A stretch of DNA of 64,000 nt from Candidatus Aminicenantes bacterium (GTDB taxonomy: Bacteria > Acidobacteriota > Aminicenantia > UBA2199), in assembly GCA_011049425.1 (NCBI GenBank), contig DSBM01000119.1:24622-88621 (forward strand), given 5' to 3'. The position numbers were made by a program, and so were the translations under genes. Shown in pieces: positions 1 through 9,488 of the stretch (positions are counted from its first letter, which is position 1; the number at the start of each line of letters is the position of its first letter). The notes beneath the pieces were generated by a model. It had not been told where the DNA came from. It did not search any database and saw only the letters and a program-made list of their open reading frames with translations.

Positions 1-187
1 CGATGTAGTCGTTCAGGTCCAGCTTTTCCAACTCTTTCAAGCGGGTTTCAATCACGCTGGGAGAAAGCAAGCCGCGTACCCGCCGGTGGAGTGCGCGGTG
101 CTCCGAGGGAGGGAACAGGGCGAAATCGCGGCACATCTGCTCGACCTTCAGGTACATGCGGTCGTATTCGGGCTGGTCTGGATTCAT
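1..187 (-). CDS. hypothetical protein, first 62 codons only (gene runs off the left edge)
   Basis: ATG at 187 (minus strand), 5 nt after GGGAGG. Frame is open to position 1. Translation MNPDQPEYDRMYLKVEQMCRDF...; no family recognised. Confidence 0.4.
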   Translation of the reverse strand, partial: MNPDQPEYDRMYLKVEQMCRDFALFPPSEHRALHRRVRGLLSPSVIETRLKELEKLDLNDYI

Positions 188-291
188 GATTGCCTCCCGG
201 GATCGGCGTGAAAAGACCCGTTTTCGTCTGGTCGCCACGGAATCAAAATGTTTGTTCTTGAATCCGGCGATGGGGTTGGTACCGAAATTGA

Positions 292-320
292 ATTATCAGT
301 TAAATTCGGTGGAATGTCAA
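292..320 (-). promoter_or_regulatory. sigma70-like promoter for the left-edge gene
   Basis: On the minus strand: TTGACA (320-315), 17-nt spacer, GATAAT (297-292), about 100 nt upstream of the ATG at 187. Confidence 0.35.
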
Positions 321-385
321 GTAAGTGATGTGCCTTTCCCCGCTCAACCCCTTGAAATGCGCGTGATTCTGATCATGATGATGTG

Positions 386-1555
386 TCAGGATACAGGTAT
401 CCCGGCAATCCGTTCCAGGGCTCTAGCCAGGATTGCCCGCGGACAGGCCAGATTCATGCGTTGGAAACCCTCGCCTCCGGGACCAAAAAGGGGGCCTTCG
501 TCCAGCCATACGCGGGCCTTTTCGCGCAGACGTTTGCTTAACGTTTCATCTTCCAGGCCGGCCGCATGGCAGTCGATCCAGGCCAAGTAGGTGCCTTCCA
601 GGGGCATGGGGTTGGCCCAGGGGATTTTTTCGCGACAGATTCCCGCCAGGTACGTGTGGTTGGCCTTGATGTATGCCAGCAGTTTATCCAGCCATTTGCG
701 GCCGTGGCGATAAGCGGCTTCGGCGGCTACGATACCGAAAGGATTGCTTAATCCAAGGCCTACGGTTTTCATGGCGGTGTTGAATCGGGCGTGCAACCCT
801 GGATCGGGAATGATGGTAGAGGAAACCTGCAGTCCCGCCAGGTTGAAGGTCTTGGAGGGGGAGGTGCAGGTGATGATGCGTTCCCTCAGATCCGGGGCGA
901 CCGTCTCCAGGGGGAGGTGAATGTGCCCAGGCATGGCCAGGTCGGCGTGGATCTCGTCACTCACAATCAGGATGTCGTGACGGCGGCAGAGCGCCGCCAG
1001 TTCTTCCAATTCCTTTCGGGTCCACACCCGGGCTACGGGGTTGTGTGGGCTGCACAGGATCAGCATGCTTGCACCGGCGCCAATTTTATTTTCCAGGTCC
1101 TCCAGGTCCATACGCCAGGTATCGTGCACCCGCACCAGCTGATTGGCGGCGATTTCGCGCTGATTGTTTTCCACGGCCCACATGAATGGGTAATACACCG
1201 GGGGCTGAATGATGATTTTTTCCCCGGGCCGGGTAAAGGTTTGAATCGCGAGGTTGATGGCGGGAACAACTCCGGGGGTGACAATGATCGATTCCTCTTT
1301 TATTTCCCAGTTGTGAACGGAGCCGAACCATTTTCGGGTGGCTTGAAAAAAGGATTCCGGGTGGCCGGTATAGCCGTACACACCGTGGGCGGCCCGGGAC
1401 TTCACCGCCTCGACTACTTCCGGCGGAGCCGGAAAGTCCATATCTGCAACCCACATGGGAAGAATATCGGGAATGCCGGTGTTTTCCGCGCGAAAATCCC
1501 ATTTTAACGATGCGGTGCCGGTACGGTCGACAATTTGATCAAAATTAAATTCCAT
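386..1555 (-). CDS. PLP-dependent C-S lyase / aminotransferase class I-II (MalY/PatB cystathionine beta-lyase family)
   Basis: N-terminus FDQIVDRTGTASLKWDF, MWVADMDF, and SPSKTFNLAG (PLP lysine motif). ATG at 1555 lies 8 nt after AGAGG; the ORF track extends to a GTG at 1564. Confidence 0.88.
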   Translation of the reverse strand: MEFNFDQIVDRTGTASLKWDFRAENTGIPDILPMWVADMDFPAPPEVVEAVKSRAAHGVYGYTGHPESFFQATRKWFGSVHNWEIKEESIIVTPGVVPAINLAIQTFTRPGEKIIIQPPVYYPFMWAVENNQREIAANQLVRVHDTWRMDLEDLENKIGAGASMLILCSPHNPVARVWTRKELEELAALCRRHDILIVSDEIHADLAMPGHIHLPLETVAPDLRERIITCTSPSKTFNLAGLQVSSTIIPDPGLHARFNTAMKTVGLGLSNPFGIVAAEAAYRHGRKWLDKLLAYIKANHTYLAGICREKIPWANPMPLEGTYLAWIDCHAAGLEDETLSKRLREKARVWLDEGPLFGPGGEGFQRMNLACPRAILARALERIAGIPVS

Positions 1556-1695
1556 TTTTAGCACCTCTGCTGACGAAGCGGCATTTTACCCGAATCCGCC
1601 GCGGCTGGCAATCGGCTGCCGCTCACGGAAATCGCTAATGGCAATATGAATGAGAAAACGACGCGAATGAATGTTATATTTAATACCGGGAGGTC

Positions 1696-2205
1696 ATGCC
1701 GATGGGAAGGGATCGCTTAAGCGCGTTTCTTATGATGCTTCTAATGCTGGCGGTATCGTTTGCCGGTGCGGCTGTGTACAAGGATCACGATTTGGACGGG
1801 GTTTCGTTTCGAGCGTTGATCCGGCTGCAGGAAAGCGAGACGGAGTACCGCTGCACCGTGGTGTTTCGCGAAAGAGCCGCCAACATCATATTGGACGTGA
1901 ACCAAATGTTGCCCATGGTGCCCCGCAACGATCGTTTCATGACCCTCTACCTGTTGGAGGAAGAGATCCCGGATACGCAAAAAATCGCCGCCAAGCTGGT
2001 TACGGTTCCTCCGGAAGATATGGATGAGCCGCCGCCACCGGAAGAGTGGCCCGCCCGCTCGATGTGGTGGATCCACCTGCTGGAGCCGCCTCCGGATCAG
2101 GCAGTGAAAAGTGAAAAGTCGGGTTCTGTTACGTTTCGTGTGGGTAAGCACATTGCTGATTGGCGAGAGGTTGTGGGGATGATTACCCAGAGGGTACTCT
2201 TATGA
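1696..2205 (+). CDS. hypothetical secreted protein (N-terminal signal peptide)
   Basis: GGAGG then ATG. Hydrophobic N-terminus LSAFLMMLLMLAVSFAGAA. The last ~32 codons are encoded by the dispersed repeat at 2104-2299, so the native C-terminus is uncertain. Confidence 0.6.
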   Translation: MPMGRDRLSAFLMMLLMLAVSFAGAAVYKDHDLDGVSFRALIRLQESETEYRCTVVFRERAANIILDVNQMLPMVPRNDRFMTLYLLEEEIPDTQKIAAKLVTVPPEDMDEPPPPEEWPARSMWWIHLLEPPPDQAVKSEKSGSVTFRVGKHIADWREVVGMITQRVLL

Positions 2206-2299
2206 AGCATTTCCCTTTTTCAAATTTGAATAAACTCCAGACCCACCAAACCCACACAAAATGGAAGAGAACCTTACTTTTTTACTTTCAACTTTTCAC
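2104..2299. repeat. nested-palindrome dispersed repeat, copy A (MITE-like)
   Basis: Outer inverted arms: GTGAAAAGTGAAAAGT (2104-2119) and ACTTTCAACTTTTCAC (2284-2299). Inner inverted arms: TTTCGTGTGGGT and ACCCACACAAAA. Central hairpin TACCC-AGA-GGGTA (2184-2196). The core aligns with 14321-14470. Confidence 0.7.
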
Positions 2300-2708
2300 T
2301 GTTGTCAAGCGTCCTCTTGTCTCTTGAAGCCTGCCCCCTTCTTTCCAACTTTCCCCAGAGCATGATTCCGGCCAGGGCGCCGGCAGAATCCACCAGAAAA
2401 TCATTGAGGGCACAAACCCGGCCGGGCACAAACGCCTGGTGAAACTCGTCCCCCAAGGCCAACAAGAGGAGCAACAGCAACACCAGGAGCATACCGATTC
2501 GGTTGCGAGGGCAGATGGCCCGGGCCAGCAAGAACCCCAACACCAGGAACTCCAGGAAATGGGGAATAATGTCGGGAATGCCCTTGGGCAGGCCGGCCGG
2601 TGTCTGCGCGGATAACCAGAAAATAAGGGCATACACCGCAATCGGAGGAAACCAGCGGAAAAACAATGGGACCGCGTTTCGTGAAAAAAGGTTATTCAAT
2701 AAACCCAT
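2274..2708 (-). CDS. VanZ family membrane protein
   Basis: Four hydrophobic segments. Motifs HFLEFLVLGFLL and GDEFHQAFVPGRVCALNDFLVDSAGA are typical of VanZ-like proteins. The C-terminal SEKLKVKK is encoded by repeat arm sequence. Confidence 0.8.
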   Translation of the reverse strand: MGLLNNLFSRNAVPLFFRWFPPIAVYALIFWLSAQTPAGLPKGIPDIIPHFLEFLVLGFLLARAICPRNRIGMLLVLLLLLLLALGDEFHQAFVPGRVCALNDFLVDSAGALAGIMLWGKLERRGQASRDKRTLDNSEKLKVKK

Positions 2709-2776
2709 ACGAAATTAGAAGAAATTCAAAATTAGACATTTCCGAGCCCTGATCCATGCCCGCGCCCCTTTTTCGT

Positions 2777-2886
2777 GGGCGACCGGCCGGTCGCCCCTAC
2801 GCCTGCATTTCGATTGAAATCAGTTCCTACCCCCTGTCTCCTGAGACCTGTCACCTTCTTTTCAACTTTTTAACTCTTCAACTTTT
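2777..2886. repeat. intergenic repeat, copy C (GC palindrome plus heptamer-stutter arm)
   Basis: Perfect 20-bp palindrome GGGCGACCGGCCGGTCGCCC (2777-2796), followed by ...GTCACCTTCTTTTCAACTTTTTAACTCTTCAACTTTT. This matches the right half of the element at 36587-36735. Confidence 0.6.
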
Positions 2887-2895
2887 ATTGAATAA

Positions 2896-3069
2896 TCACA
2901 CAAAATACATGACCCAGCTGAACACAATGACCCCGCCCACCATGTAGATAAAAAGCTTCAGGCTGTAACGACAGACCTGGCGCAAGGATTCATATTTCAG
3001 GAAACCCAGCATCACGGAAACGATAATGGCGTACACGACCATGGACAACAGGTGGCTGCGAAAGATCAT
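2896..3069 (-). CDS. small membrane protein (57 aa), not in the ORF track
   Basis: The ATG at 3069 overlaps the TGA of the upstream gene (ATGA). Translation MIFRSHLLSMVVYAIIVSVMLGFLKYESLRQVCRYSLKLFIYMVGGVIVFSWVMYFV has two hydrophobic helices. Confidence 0.5.
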   Translation of the reverse strand: MIFRSHLLSMVVYAIIVSVMLGFLKYESLRQVCRYSLKLFIYMVGGVIVFSWVMYFV

Positions 3070-3443
3070 TCGCCTTTCTCCTCTTTCAAGACCAGGCGGG
3101 ATGCGTGCAGGGCCGCCAGGTAATTGATCAACCCCGCGGTTACCAGGTAGGTGGTGCCGTAATGGTGGGTTATTGAGCGCACATCACCGGAATCCAGGCC
3201 CAGAAGACGAATCAGGAAAAAGAATACGCCGCTGCCCAGGTCTCCCAGCAAACCCAGGATCATGAGGGGGTGGTAGGTGTTGTCCACAGTATAGAATTTT
3301 CCCTGCATGAAGACACCCAGAGCCAGCAACAGGACCGTGCCGCCCAGAAAAACGCCGCCGCGCAGCCAGCGCTTCTGCAGGAAATGACCGGCACCGGGAA
3401 AAAACCAGGCAACGATAAAGGTAAACAGGGATCTGGTGTTCAT
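3066..3443 (-). CDS. hypothetical integral membrane protein
   Basis: Several predicted TM helices (FTFIVAWFFPGAGHF, GVFLGGTVLLLALGVF, LMILGLLGDLGSGVFFFLI). ATG at 3443 preferred; the ORF track extends to a GTG at 3461. Confidence 0.6.
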   Translation of the reverse strand: MNTRSLFTFIVAWFFPGAGHFLQKRWLRGGVFLGGTVLLLALGVFMQGKFYTVDNTYHPLMILGLLGDLGSGVFFFLIRLLGLDSGDVRSITHHYGTTYLVTAGLINYLAALHASRLVLKEEKGE

Positions 3444-3505
3444 GATGGCGCCATTATACACGATCCGCCAGGGCGCGGCAAGCCGCGCCGGGTGTCAACG
3501 CCGGG

Positions 3506-3534
3506 TTGACATCCCCGTCTCTCCCTCTTATAAT
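3506..3534 (+). promoter_or_regulatory. consensus sigma70 promoter upstream of ugd
   Basis: TTGACA (3506-3511), 17-nt spacer, TATAAT (3529-3534). A short hairpin CTCTCC/GGAGAG plus TTTT follows at 3539-3560. Confidence 0.55.
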
Positions 3535-3614
3535 TTCCCTCTCCGCAAGGGGAGAGTTTTGTCTGTCCGGCTTTGATGGTGGCTGGACACGTGTAAGGAA
3601 AGGCTAAAGAGGTA

Positions 3615-4994
3615 ATGATGAGTCACCAGAAACGTATCCTTTGCATTGGGGCCGGATATGTCGGCGGCCCCACCATGGCGGTCATGGCAATGAAATGTCC
3701 CGAATACCGTTTTGATGTGGTCGACATCAACCCCGATCGCATTGCCCGCTGGAACTCCGACCAATTGCCCATCTTCGAGCCCGGCCTCGACGAGGTGGTG
3801 CGTGGGGCCCGGGGACGCAACCTCTTCTTCTCAACCGATATCGCCGATGGCATCCGCGCCGCGGACATTATATTCGTTTCCGTCAACACCCCCACCAAGA
3901 CCTTCGGCGAAGGCGCGGGCATGGCCTCGGACCTGCAGTACTGGGAACGCACGGCCCATGAAATCGTCGAGCACGCCGAAGGTGACAAGATCATCGTAGA
4001 AAAGAGTACCCTGCCGGTCCGCACCGCCGAAGCCATGGAACGCATCCTTAAGGCCAATACCCGGGGACGCCGTTTCGAGGTGGTGTCCAATCCGGAGTTC
4101 CTTTCTGAAGGCACGGCGGTACGTGACCTGCTTGAGGGGGATCGGGTACTTATCGGCGCCCACGAAAGCGACAGCGGCCGCGCCGCGGCGGAATCCGTGG
4201 CGGACATTTACCGCCACTGGATGGCGGAAGACCGCATAATCATGACCAGCGTATGGTCATCTGAACTATCCAAACTGGTTGCCAACGCTTTCCTGGCCCA
4301 ACGCATTTCTTCCATTAACGCCGTATCCGCCCTGTGCGAAAAAACCGATGCCGACGTGGGCGAGATCGCCCGGGCCGTGGGCAGCGATTCCCGCATTGGG
4401 TCGCGGTTCCTGAATGCCAGCGTGGGGTTCGGCGGTTCATGCTTTAAAAAGGACATCCTCAACCTGGTCTACATTGCTCGTTCCTACCACCTGCACGAAG
4501 TGGCGGATTACTGGGAGATGGTGGTGCGCTTGAACGAATTCCAGATGCACCGCTTCGTGCAACGCATGGTACGCGAAATGTTCAACACCGTGGCGGGCAA
4601 AAGGATCGCCCTGTTCGGATTTGCCTTTAAAGCCGACACCGGCGATACCCGGGAATCCCCCGCCATTACCGTGGCTCGCCTGCTCCTGGATGAACGGGCG
4701 AAATTGATCGTCAGCGACCCCCAGGCCCTTGAGAACGCCCGCATGGACCTGGCGGACGCAGGGGAGGGCGTCACCTATACCCCCGACCCCTATACCGCTG
4801 CCGAGGGCGCCGACGCCGTGGCTGTACTCACCGAGTGGCGCCAATATCGGGATCTGGATTTTGAACGCATCTTCCGTTCCATGCGCCAGCCCGCGTTCCT
4901 GTTTGATGGGCGCAATATCCTCGACCACCACGCGCTTCGAAAAATCGGCTTCCAGGTCTATCCCCTGGGCAGCCGCGCGTTGAATTCATTCTGA
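3615..4994 (+). CDS. ugd: UDP-glucose 6-dehydrogenase (eukaryote-like long form)
   Basis: ILCIGAGYVGGPTMAVMAMKCPE...WNSDQLPIFEPGLDEVV, and GFGGSCFKKD (catalytic Cys). Confidence 0.92.
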   Translation: MMSHQKRILCIGAGYVGGPTMAVMAMKCPEYRFDVVDINPDRIARWNSDQLPIFEPGLDEVVRGARGRNLFFSTDIADGIRAADIIFVSVNTPTKTFGEGAGMASDLQYWERTAHEIVEHAEGDKIIVEKSTLPVRTAEAMERILKANTRGRRFEVVSNPEFLSEGTAVRDLLEGDRVLIGAHESDSGRAAAESVADIYRHWMAEDRIIMTSVWSSELSKLVANAFLAQRISSINAVSALCEKTDADVGEIARAVGSDSRIGSRFLNASVGFGGSCFKKDILNLVYIARSYHLHEVADYWEMVVRLNEFQMHRFVQRMVREMFNTVAGKRIALFGFAFKADTGDTRESPAITVARLLLDERAKLIVSDPQALENARMDLADAGEGVTYTPDPYTAAEGADAVAVLTEWRQYRDLDFERIFRSMRQPAFLFDGRNILDHHALRKIGFQVYPLGSRALNSF

Positions 4995-5010
4995 ACCGCA
5001 GGAGGCAGAT

Positions 5011-6837
5011 ATGTGCGGAATCATCAGTTACGTGGGGCGCCAACCAGCCCTGCCCATCCTCATGGAAGGCCTGAAACGCATGGAATACCGCGGCTATGAC
5101 TCTGCCGGTTTTGCCGTTGTGGAAGACGGACGCACTCTGACCGTGCGTTCCGTGGGCAAAGTGGCGCGCCTGGAAGAGAAAAAGGTGGGTTTGAAAACCC
5201 GGGCCACTTTCGGCATTGCCCATACCCGCTGGGCCACCCACGGTAGGCCTTCAGAAGAGAACTGTCACCCCCAATCCGCCTGCAACGGCAAGATTTCAGT
5301 GGTGCATAACGGTATCATTGAAAATTACGTGGAGATCCGCAACGAGTTGATTCAAAAAGGTCATGTATTCCACTCCGAAACCGACACCGAGGTGATTGCC
5401 CACTTGATTGAAGAGTATTTTGAAGGCGATCTGGAAACCGCGGTGCTGAAATCCCTGAACTTCCTGGTGGGAACTTTCGGCATCGCCGTGATCCACGCTG
5501 ACGTGGACCACAAGGTCATCGTGGCCCGCCGCGGCAGCCCGATCCTGATCGGCGTGGGAGAAGACGAGTACTTCGCCGCCTCGGATTCCAACGCCCTCAG
5601 TCCTTACACCAACCGCATGATCTACCTGGAAGACGACGAGATCGCCATCTTGAACTCCGACGGCTACGTCATCAAGAACGCCCGCAACGAGATCCTGGAA
5701 AAAAGCATTGAAATCCTCGATGAAGAACACTTTACCATTGACCGCAAGGGATTTCCCCACTTCATGCTCAAAGAGATTTTCGAGCAACCCGAATCGGTTG
5801 AAAACGCGTTTCGCGGCCGCCTGATTGAAAACGAGGGGGTGTCCAAACTCGGGGGCCTGGAGCCGGTGATTGGACGGCTGAAAACCATTGACAAGATCGT
5901 TATCGTTTCCTGCGGTACCAGTTATTATGCCGGCATGGTGGGCCGCTACATCTTCGAGAACCTGACCCGTCTGAACGTGGAGACGGCCCTGGCTTCAGAG
6001 TTCCGCTACCGCCGCCAGCGCCTGAATGAAAGTGTCGCGGTAGTGGCCATCTCCCAGTCGGGTGAAACCGCCGACACCATGGCCGCCGTCAAAGAGGCCC
6101 AGCGCAAGGGCGCGCTGCCGCTGGGAATCGTCAACGTGGTGGGATCCTCTATCTCTCAGCTTACCGAAGCGGGAGTGTACAACTACGCCGGCCCGGAGAT
6201 CGGCGTGGCCTCGACCAAGATATACACGTCCCAGTTGGTGATCCTTACCTTGATGGCCCTGCTCATCGGCCGCTACCAGGACCTCTCTTTTAACGAGGGA
6301 TTTGAGATCATCTGCGCGCTCAAGCGCCTGCCGGACCAGATTCGTGCTATTCTGAAAGATGCAGACGCCATCCAGGAGATCGCCCTCAAATACGCGGATT
6401 ATCGCGATTTCCTGTTTATCGGGCGCATGTTGAATTACCCCACCGCCATGGAGGGTGCCCTCAAGCTCAAAGAGATCTCCTACATCCATGCCGAGGGCTA
6501 CCCCGCCGGCGAGATGAAACACGGCCCCATCTCCCTGATCGACGAAAACTTCCCCACCGTGGCCATTGCACCGATGGATTCAGTGTATGAAAAGATGATC
6601 AGCAACATCCAGGAAATCAAGGCGCGCAACGGCCGCATTCTGGCGGTGACCAACTCAGCCGCGGGCAAAGTAAACAGCATTGCCGACGACGTGATCGTGG
6701 TGCCCCGCACCATTGAACTGCTGCAACCAATTCTCAACATCATTCCCCTGCAACTCTTTGCCTACTACATCGCCCGTCACAAGGGTTGCGACATCGATAA
6801 GCCGCGCAACCTGGCCAAGTCGGTGACGGTGGAATAA
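5011..6837 (+). CDS. glmS: glutamine--fructose-6-phosphate aminotransferase
   Basis: [10 protein letters not shown]-terminal nucleophile, two SIS domains, C-terminal NLAKSVTVE. Confidence 0.97.
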   Translation: MCGIISYVGRQPALPILMEGLKRMEYRGYDSAGFAVVEDGRTLTVRSVGKVARLEEKKVGLKTRATFGIAHTRWATHGRPSEENCHPQSACNGKISVVHNGIIENYVEIRNELIQKGHVFHSETDTEVIAHLIEEYFEGDLETAVLKSLNFLVGTFGIAVIHADVDHKVIVARRGSPILIGVGEDEYFAASDSNALSPYTNRMIYLEDDEIAILNSDGYVIKNARNEILEKSIEILDEEHFTIDRKGFPHFMLKEIFEQPESVENAFRGRLIENEGVSKLGGLEPVIGRLKTIDKIVIVSCGTSYYAGMVGRYIFENLTRLNVETALASEFRYRRQRLNESVAVVAISQSGETADTMAAVKEAQRKGALPLGIVNVVGSSISQLTEAGVYNYAGPEIGVASTKIYTSQLVILTLMALLIGRYQDLSFNEGFEIICALKRLPDQIRAILKDADAIQEIALKYADYRDFLFIGRMLNYPTAMEGALKLKEISYIHAEGYPAGEMKHGPISLIDENFPTVAIAPMDSVYEKMISNIQEIKARNGRILAVTNSAAGKVNSIADDVIVVPRTIELLQPILNIIPLQLFAYYIARHKGCDIDKPRNLAKSVTVE

Positions 6838-6850
6838 CTTTGGAGGTCTC

Positions 6851-7738
6851 ATGAAAGGCATTATCCTGGCCGGGGGACACGGCACCCGCCTTTTTCCTCT
6901 CACGCGCCCCCTGTGCAAACAATTGCTGCCGGTCTACGACAAGCCCATGATCTACTACCCCCTCAGCGTGCTCATGCTGGCGGGAATCCGCGAGATCCTG
7001 ATCATTTCCACCCCCAGGGACCTGCCCGCTTTTAAGGAGTTGTTGAAAGACGGGAGCAGCCTGGGGATGCGTATCGAGTATGCCGCCCAAAATGAGCCCA
7101 GGGGTATCGCCGATGCCTTCCTGGTGGGAGAAACCTTCCTGGCCGGCGGGCCGGCCGCTTTGATTCTGGGAGACAACCTCTTTTTCGGCCAGGGCATGGT
7201 CAAGCATTTGGAATCCGCGGTCAACCTGGAAAAAGGCGCGGTCATATTCGGCTATGCCGTGCGGGATCCGCATCGCTACGGCGTGGTCACCCTGGACAAA
7301 AACGGCAAGGCAACCTCGATCGAGGAGAAACCCGCCAAGCCGCGTTCCCGCTGGGCCGTGACCGGTTTGTATTTTTACGATGAACGCGTAGTGGAATACG
7401 CCGCCGCCCTCACCCCATCGAATCGGGGGGAACTGGAGATCACGGACCTGAACCGTTGCTACCTGGAGGCCGGCAATCTGCGGGTGCAGTGCCTGGGTCG
7501 GGGTTTCGCCTGGCTGGATACCGGTACCCATGAATCGCTCCACGATGCCGCATCCTTTATCCGTACCATCCAGGAACGCCAGTCATTCAAGATCGCCTGC
7601 ATTGAAGAGATTGCTTTCCGCAAAGGTTGGATCGACCCCGCCGGCCTGAAGGCCCTGGCCACACCGCTGCAACAGAATGAATACGGCCGCTATCTGCTGG
7701 ACCTGGCCGGCGGCGGTGACGGTACGGGGTTGTCATGA
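6851..7738 (+). CDS. rfbA: glucose-1-phosphate thymidylyltransferase
   Basis: [44 protein letters not shown]. Confidence 0.95.
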   Translation: MKGIILAGGHGTRLFPLTRPLCKQLLPVYDKPMIYYPLSVLMLAGIREILIISTPRDLPAFKELLKDGSSLGMRIEYAAQNEPRGIADAFLVGETFLAGGPAALILGDNLFFGQGMVKHLESAVNLEKGAVIFGYAVRDPHRYGVVTLDKNGKATSIEEKPAKPRSRWAVTGLYFYDERVVEYAAALTPSNRGELEITDLNRCYLEAGNLRVQCLGRGFAWLDTGTHESLHDAASFIRTIQERQSFKIACIEEIAFRKGWIDPAGLKALATPLQQNEYGRYLLDLAGGGDGTGLS

Positions 7739-8835
7739 AACCGGCCCTGGAATCGATCCTGGTCACCGGCGGGTGCGGTTTTATCGGCAGCAACTTCATC
7801 CGCTTCCTGTTTAACCGCAAGGACTTCGGCGGCCGGGTGGTCAACCTGGACCGACTGACCTATGCCGGTAACCCCGAGAACCTGGAAGACCTCTCCGCGG
7901 ATGAACGCTATACTTTCGTCCACGGCGACGTGGCCGACGCGGAACTGGTCGCCCGGGTGATGGCTGATTACGAGGTGGATACGGTGATGCATTTTGCCGC
8001 CGAATCCCACGTGGACCGCTCCATCCACTCACCAGCGGAGTTTGTGCGCACCAACATCGAAGGCACCTTCCGCCTGCTGGAGGCGGCGCGAAACTGGTGG
8101 AAAGACCGCCGCGACGTCCGTTTCCATCAGGTGAGTACGGACGAAGTGTTCGGTTCCCTGGGTGCTGAAGGGCGTTTTTGCGAAGAGAGCCCCTACGACC
8201 CGCGCAGTCCCTACTCTGCTTCCAAGGCCGCGGCCGACCACCTGGTACGGGCCTACCACCATACCTATGGTTTGCCCGTAACCCTGTCCAATTGCTCCAA
8301 TAACTTCGGGCCCTATCAGTTTCCCGAAAAACTCATCCCCCTGATGATCCTCAACCTCACCCGCCGCCATCCCCTGCCCATTTACGGCGACGGCGGCAAT
8401 ATCCGCGACTGGCTGTATGTAGAGGACCACTGCGAGGCGTTGTGGCGCATCCTCATCGCGGCGGAAATCGGCACCACCTGGAATATCGGCGGAGACGCGG
8501 AATTTTCCAACCTGGACCTGGTCCAAAAACTATGTGACCTTTTCGACACCCTGCGGCCCCTGGACCCCGGGTCCCGTGATACCAGCGGCCGGCCCCTGTC
8601 CAGCCACCGGGACCTGATCACTTTCGTCAAGGACCGGCCGGGCCATGACCGCCGCTACGCCATTGACAGCCGCCGCATCCAACAGGAACTGGGCTGGCGC
8701 CCCCGGGTCGATTTCTTTCAGGGACTGGAACGCACCGTGACCTGGTACGCCGAACACGCGGCCTGGGTGGAACGCATCCGCAGCGGCGTCTACCGCGAGT
8801 GGCTGCAACGGCACTACGGCGAAAACGGCGATTAG
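7735..8835 (+). CDS. rfbB: dTDP-glucose 4,6-dehydratase
   Basis: [26 protein letters not shown] (YxxxK). 4-nt overlap with rfbA. Confidence 0.95.
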   Translation: MKPALESILVTGGCGFIGSNFIRFLFNRKDFGGRVVNLDRLTYAGNPENLEDLSADERYTFVHGDVADAELVARVMADYEVDTVMHFAAESHVDRSIHSPAEFVRTNIEGTFRLLEAARNWWKDRRDVRFHQVSTDEVFGSLGAEGRFCEESPYDPRSPYSASKAAADHLVRAYHHTYGLPVTLSNCSNNFGPYQFPEKLIPLMILNLTRRHPLPIYGDGGNIRDWLYVEDHCEALWRILIAAEIGTTWNIGGDAEFSNLDLVQKLCDLFDTLRPLDPGSRDTSGRPLSSHRDLITFVKDRPGHDRRYAIDSRRIQQELGWRPRVDFFQGLERTVTWYAEHAAWVERIRSGVYREWLQRHYGENGD

Positions 8836-8843
8836 CCACGCCC

Positions 8844-9488
8844 ATGCCCATATCTCTTCCCACCCTGGTCAACACCGAACCGGAACGAATGCTGCTGGGC
8901 GTGAACGCCTTTGAACTGCCTCTCCCGCCCCGGGAAGTGGACGAGGCATACGTGACGGCGGTTTGCGAACAGGTACGAAACGCGTCATCCCCTCCGCTGG
9001 GGTTTGACTTCAGCCGCCGCCTGTACCGCAACTTCGGCGTGGACCCCACCCGCTATCGTCCATCTTCGGAATCTTTGTGGCGCCGCATCCGCAAAGGCCT
9101 CGCCTTCCCCCGCCTCCACCCGGCCGTGGACGCCACAAACCTCCTTTCACTCCAGCTCCAGGTTCCGTTCGGCCTCTACGATGCCGAACGCATCCGCGGC
9201 GGCATTACGGCCGCGGCCGGGGCGGAAAACAGCGGTTACGAAGGCATCGGACGCGGATGGATTGACCTGGCGGGCAAACCCATGCTGCGGGATGAGAACG
9301 GCCCCTTCGGCAACCCCTCCGCTGACTCGGCCCGCACCCGCGTCACCACCGGCACCCGCATACTGATCCACGTGATTTTCTTTCATCCCGAAGACCCCCG
9401 GGCCGAAGAGAATACCCACTGGGCCCTGCATGAGTTCGCCAACCTCACCGGGGCCATGCCGCGGGACTGTACCCCGGCCCCGGCTTGA
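8844..9488 (+). CDS. B3/B4 (PheT-like tRNA-binding) domain protein
   Basis: YRPSSESLWRRIRKG..LHPAVDATNLLSLQLQVPFGLYD resembles stand-alone B3/4-domain proteins. First ATG after the rfbB stop; the ORF track starts at 8799, inside rfbB. Confidence 0.55.
   Translation: MPISLPTLVNTEPERMLLGVNAFELPLPPREVDEAYVTAVCEQVRNASSPPLGFDFSRRLYRNFGVDPTRYRPSSESLWRRIRKGLAFPRLHPAVDATNLLSLQLQVPFGLYDAERIRGGITAAAGAENSGYEGIGRGWIDLAGKPMLRDENGPFGNPSADSARTRVTTGTRILIHVIFFHPEDPRAEENTHWALHEFANLTGAMPRDCTPAPA

Noticed and set aside
2860-2890. Heptamer and octamer arrays (here and at 14263-14320, 29444-29473, 36587-36620, 36695-36735) considered as CRISPR or as coding low-complexity.
   Set aside because: The units are 7-8 nt with no spacers and there are no cas genes, which is far too short for CRISPR. 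They lie in intergenic 3' regions; ORFs through them (for example 2756-2947 and 36572-36991) have no RBS and nonsense-like translations.
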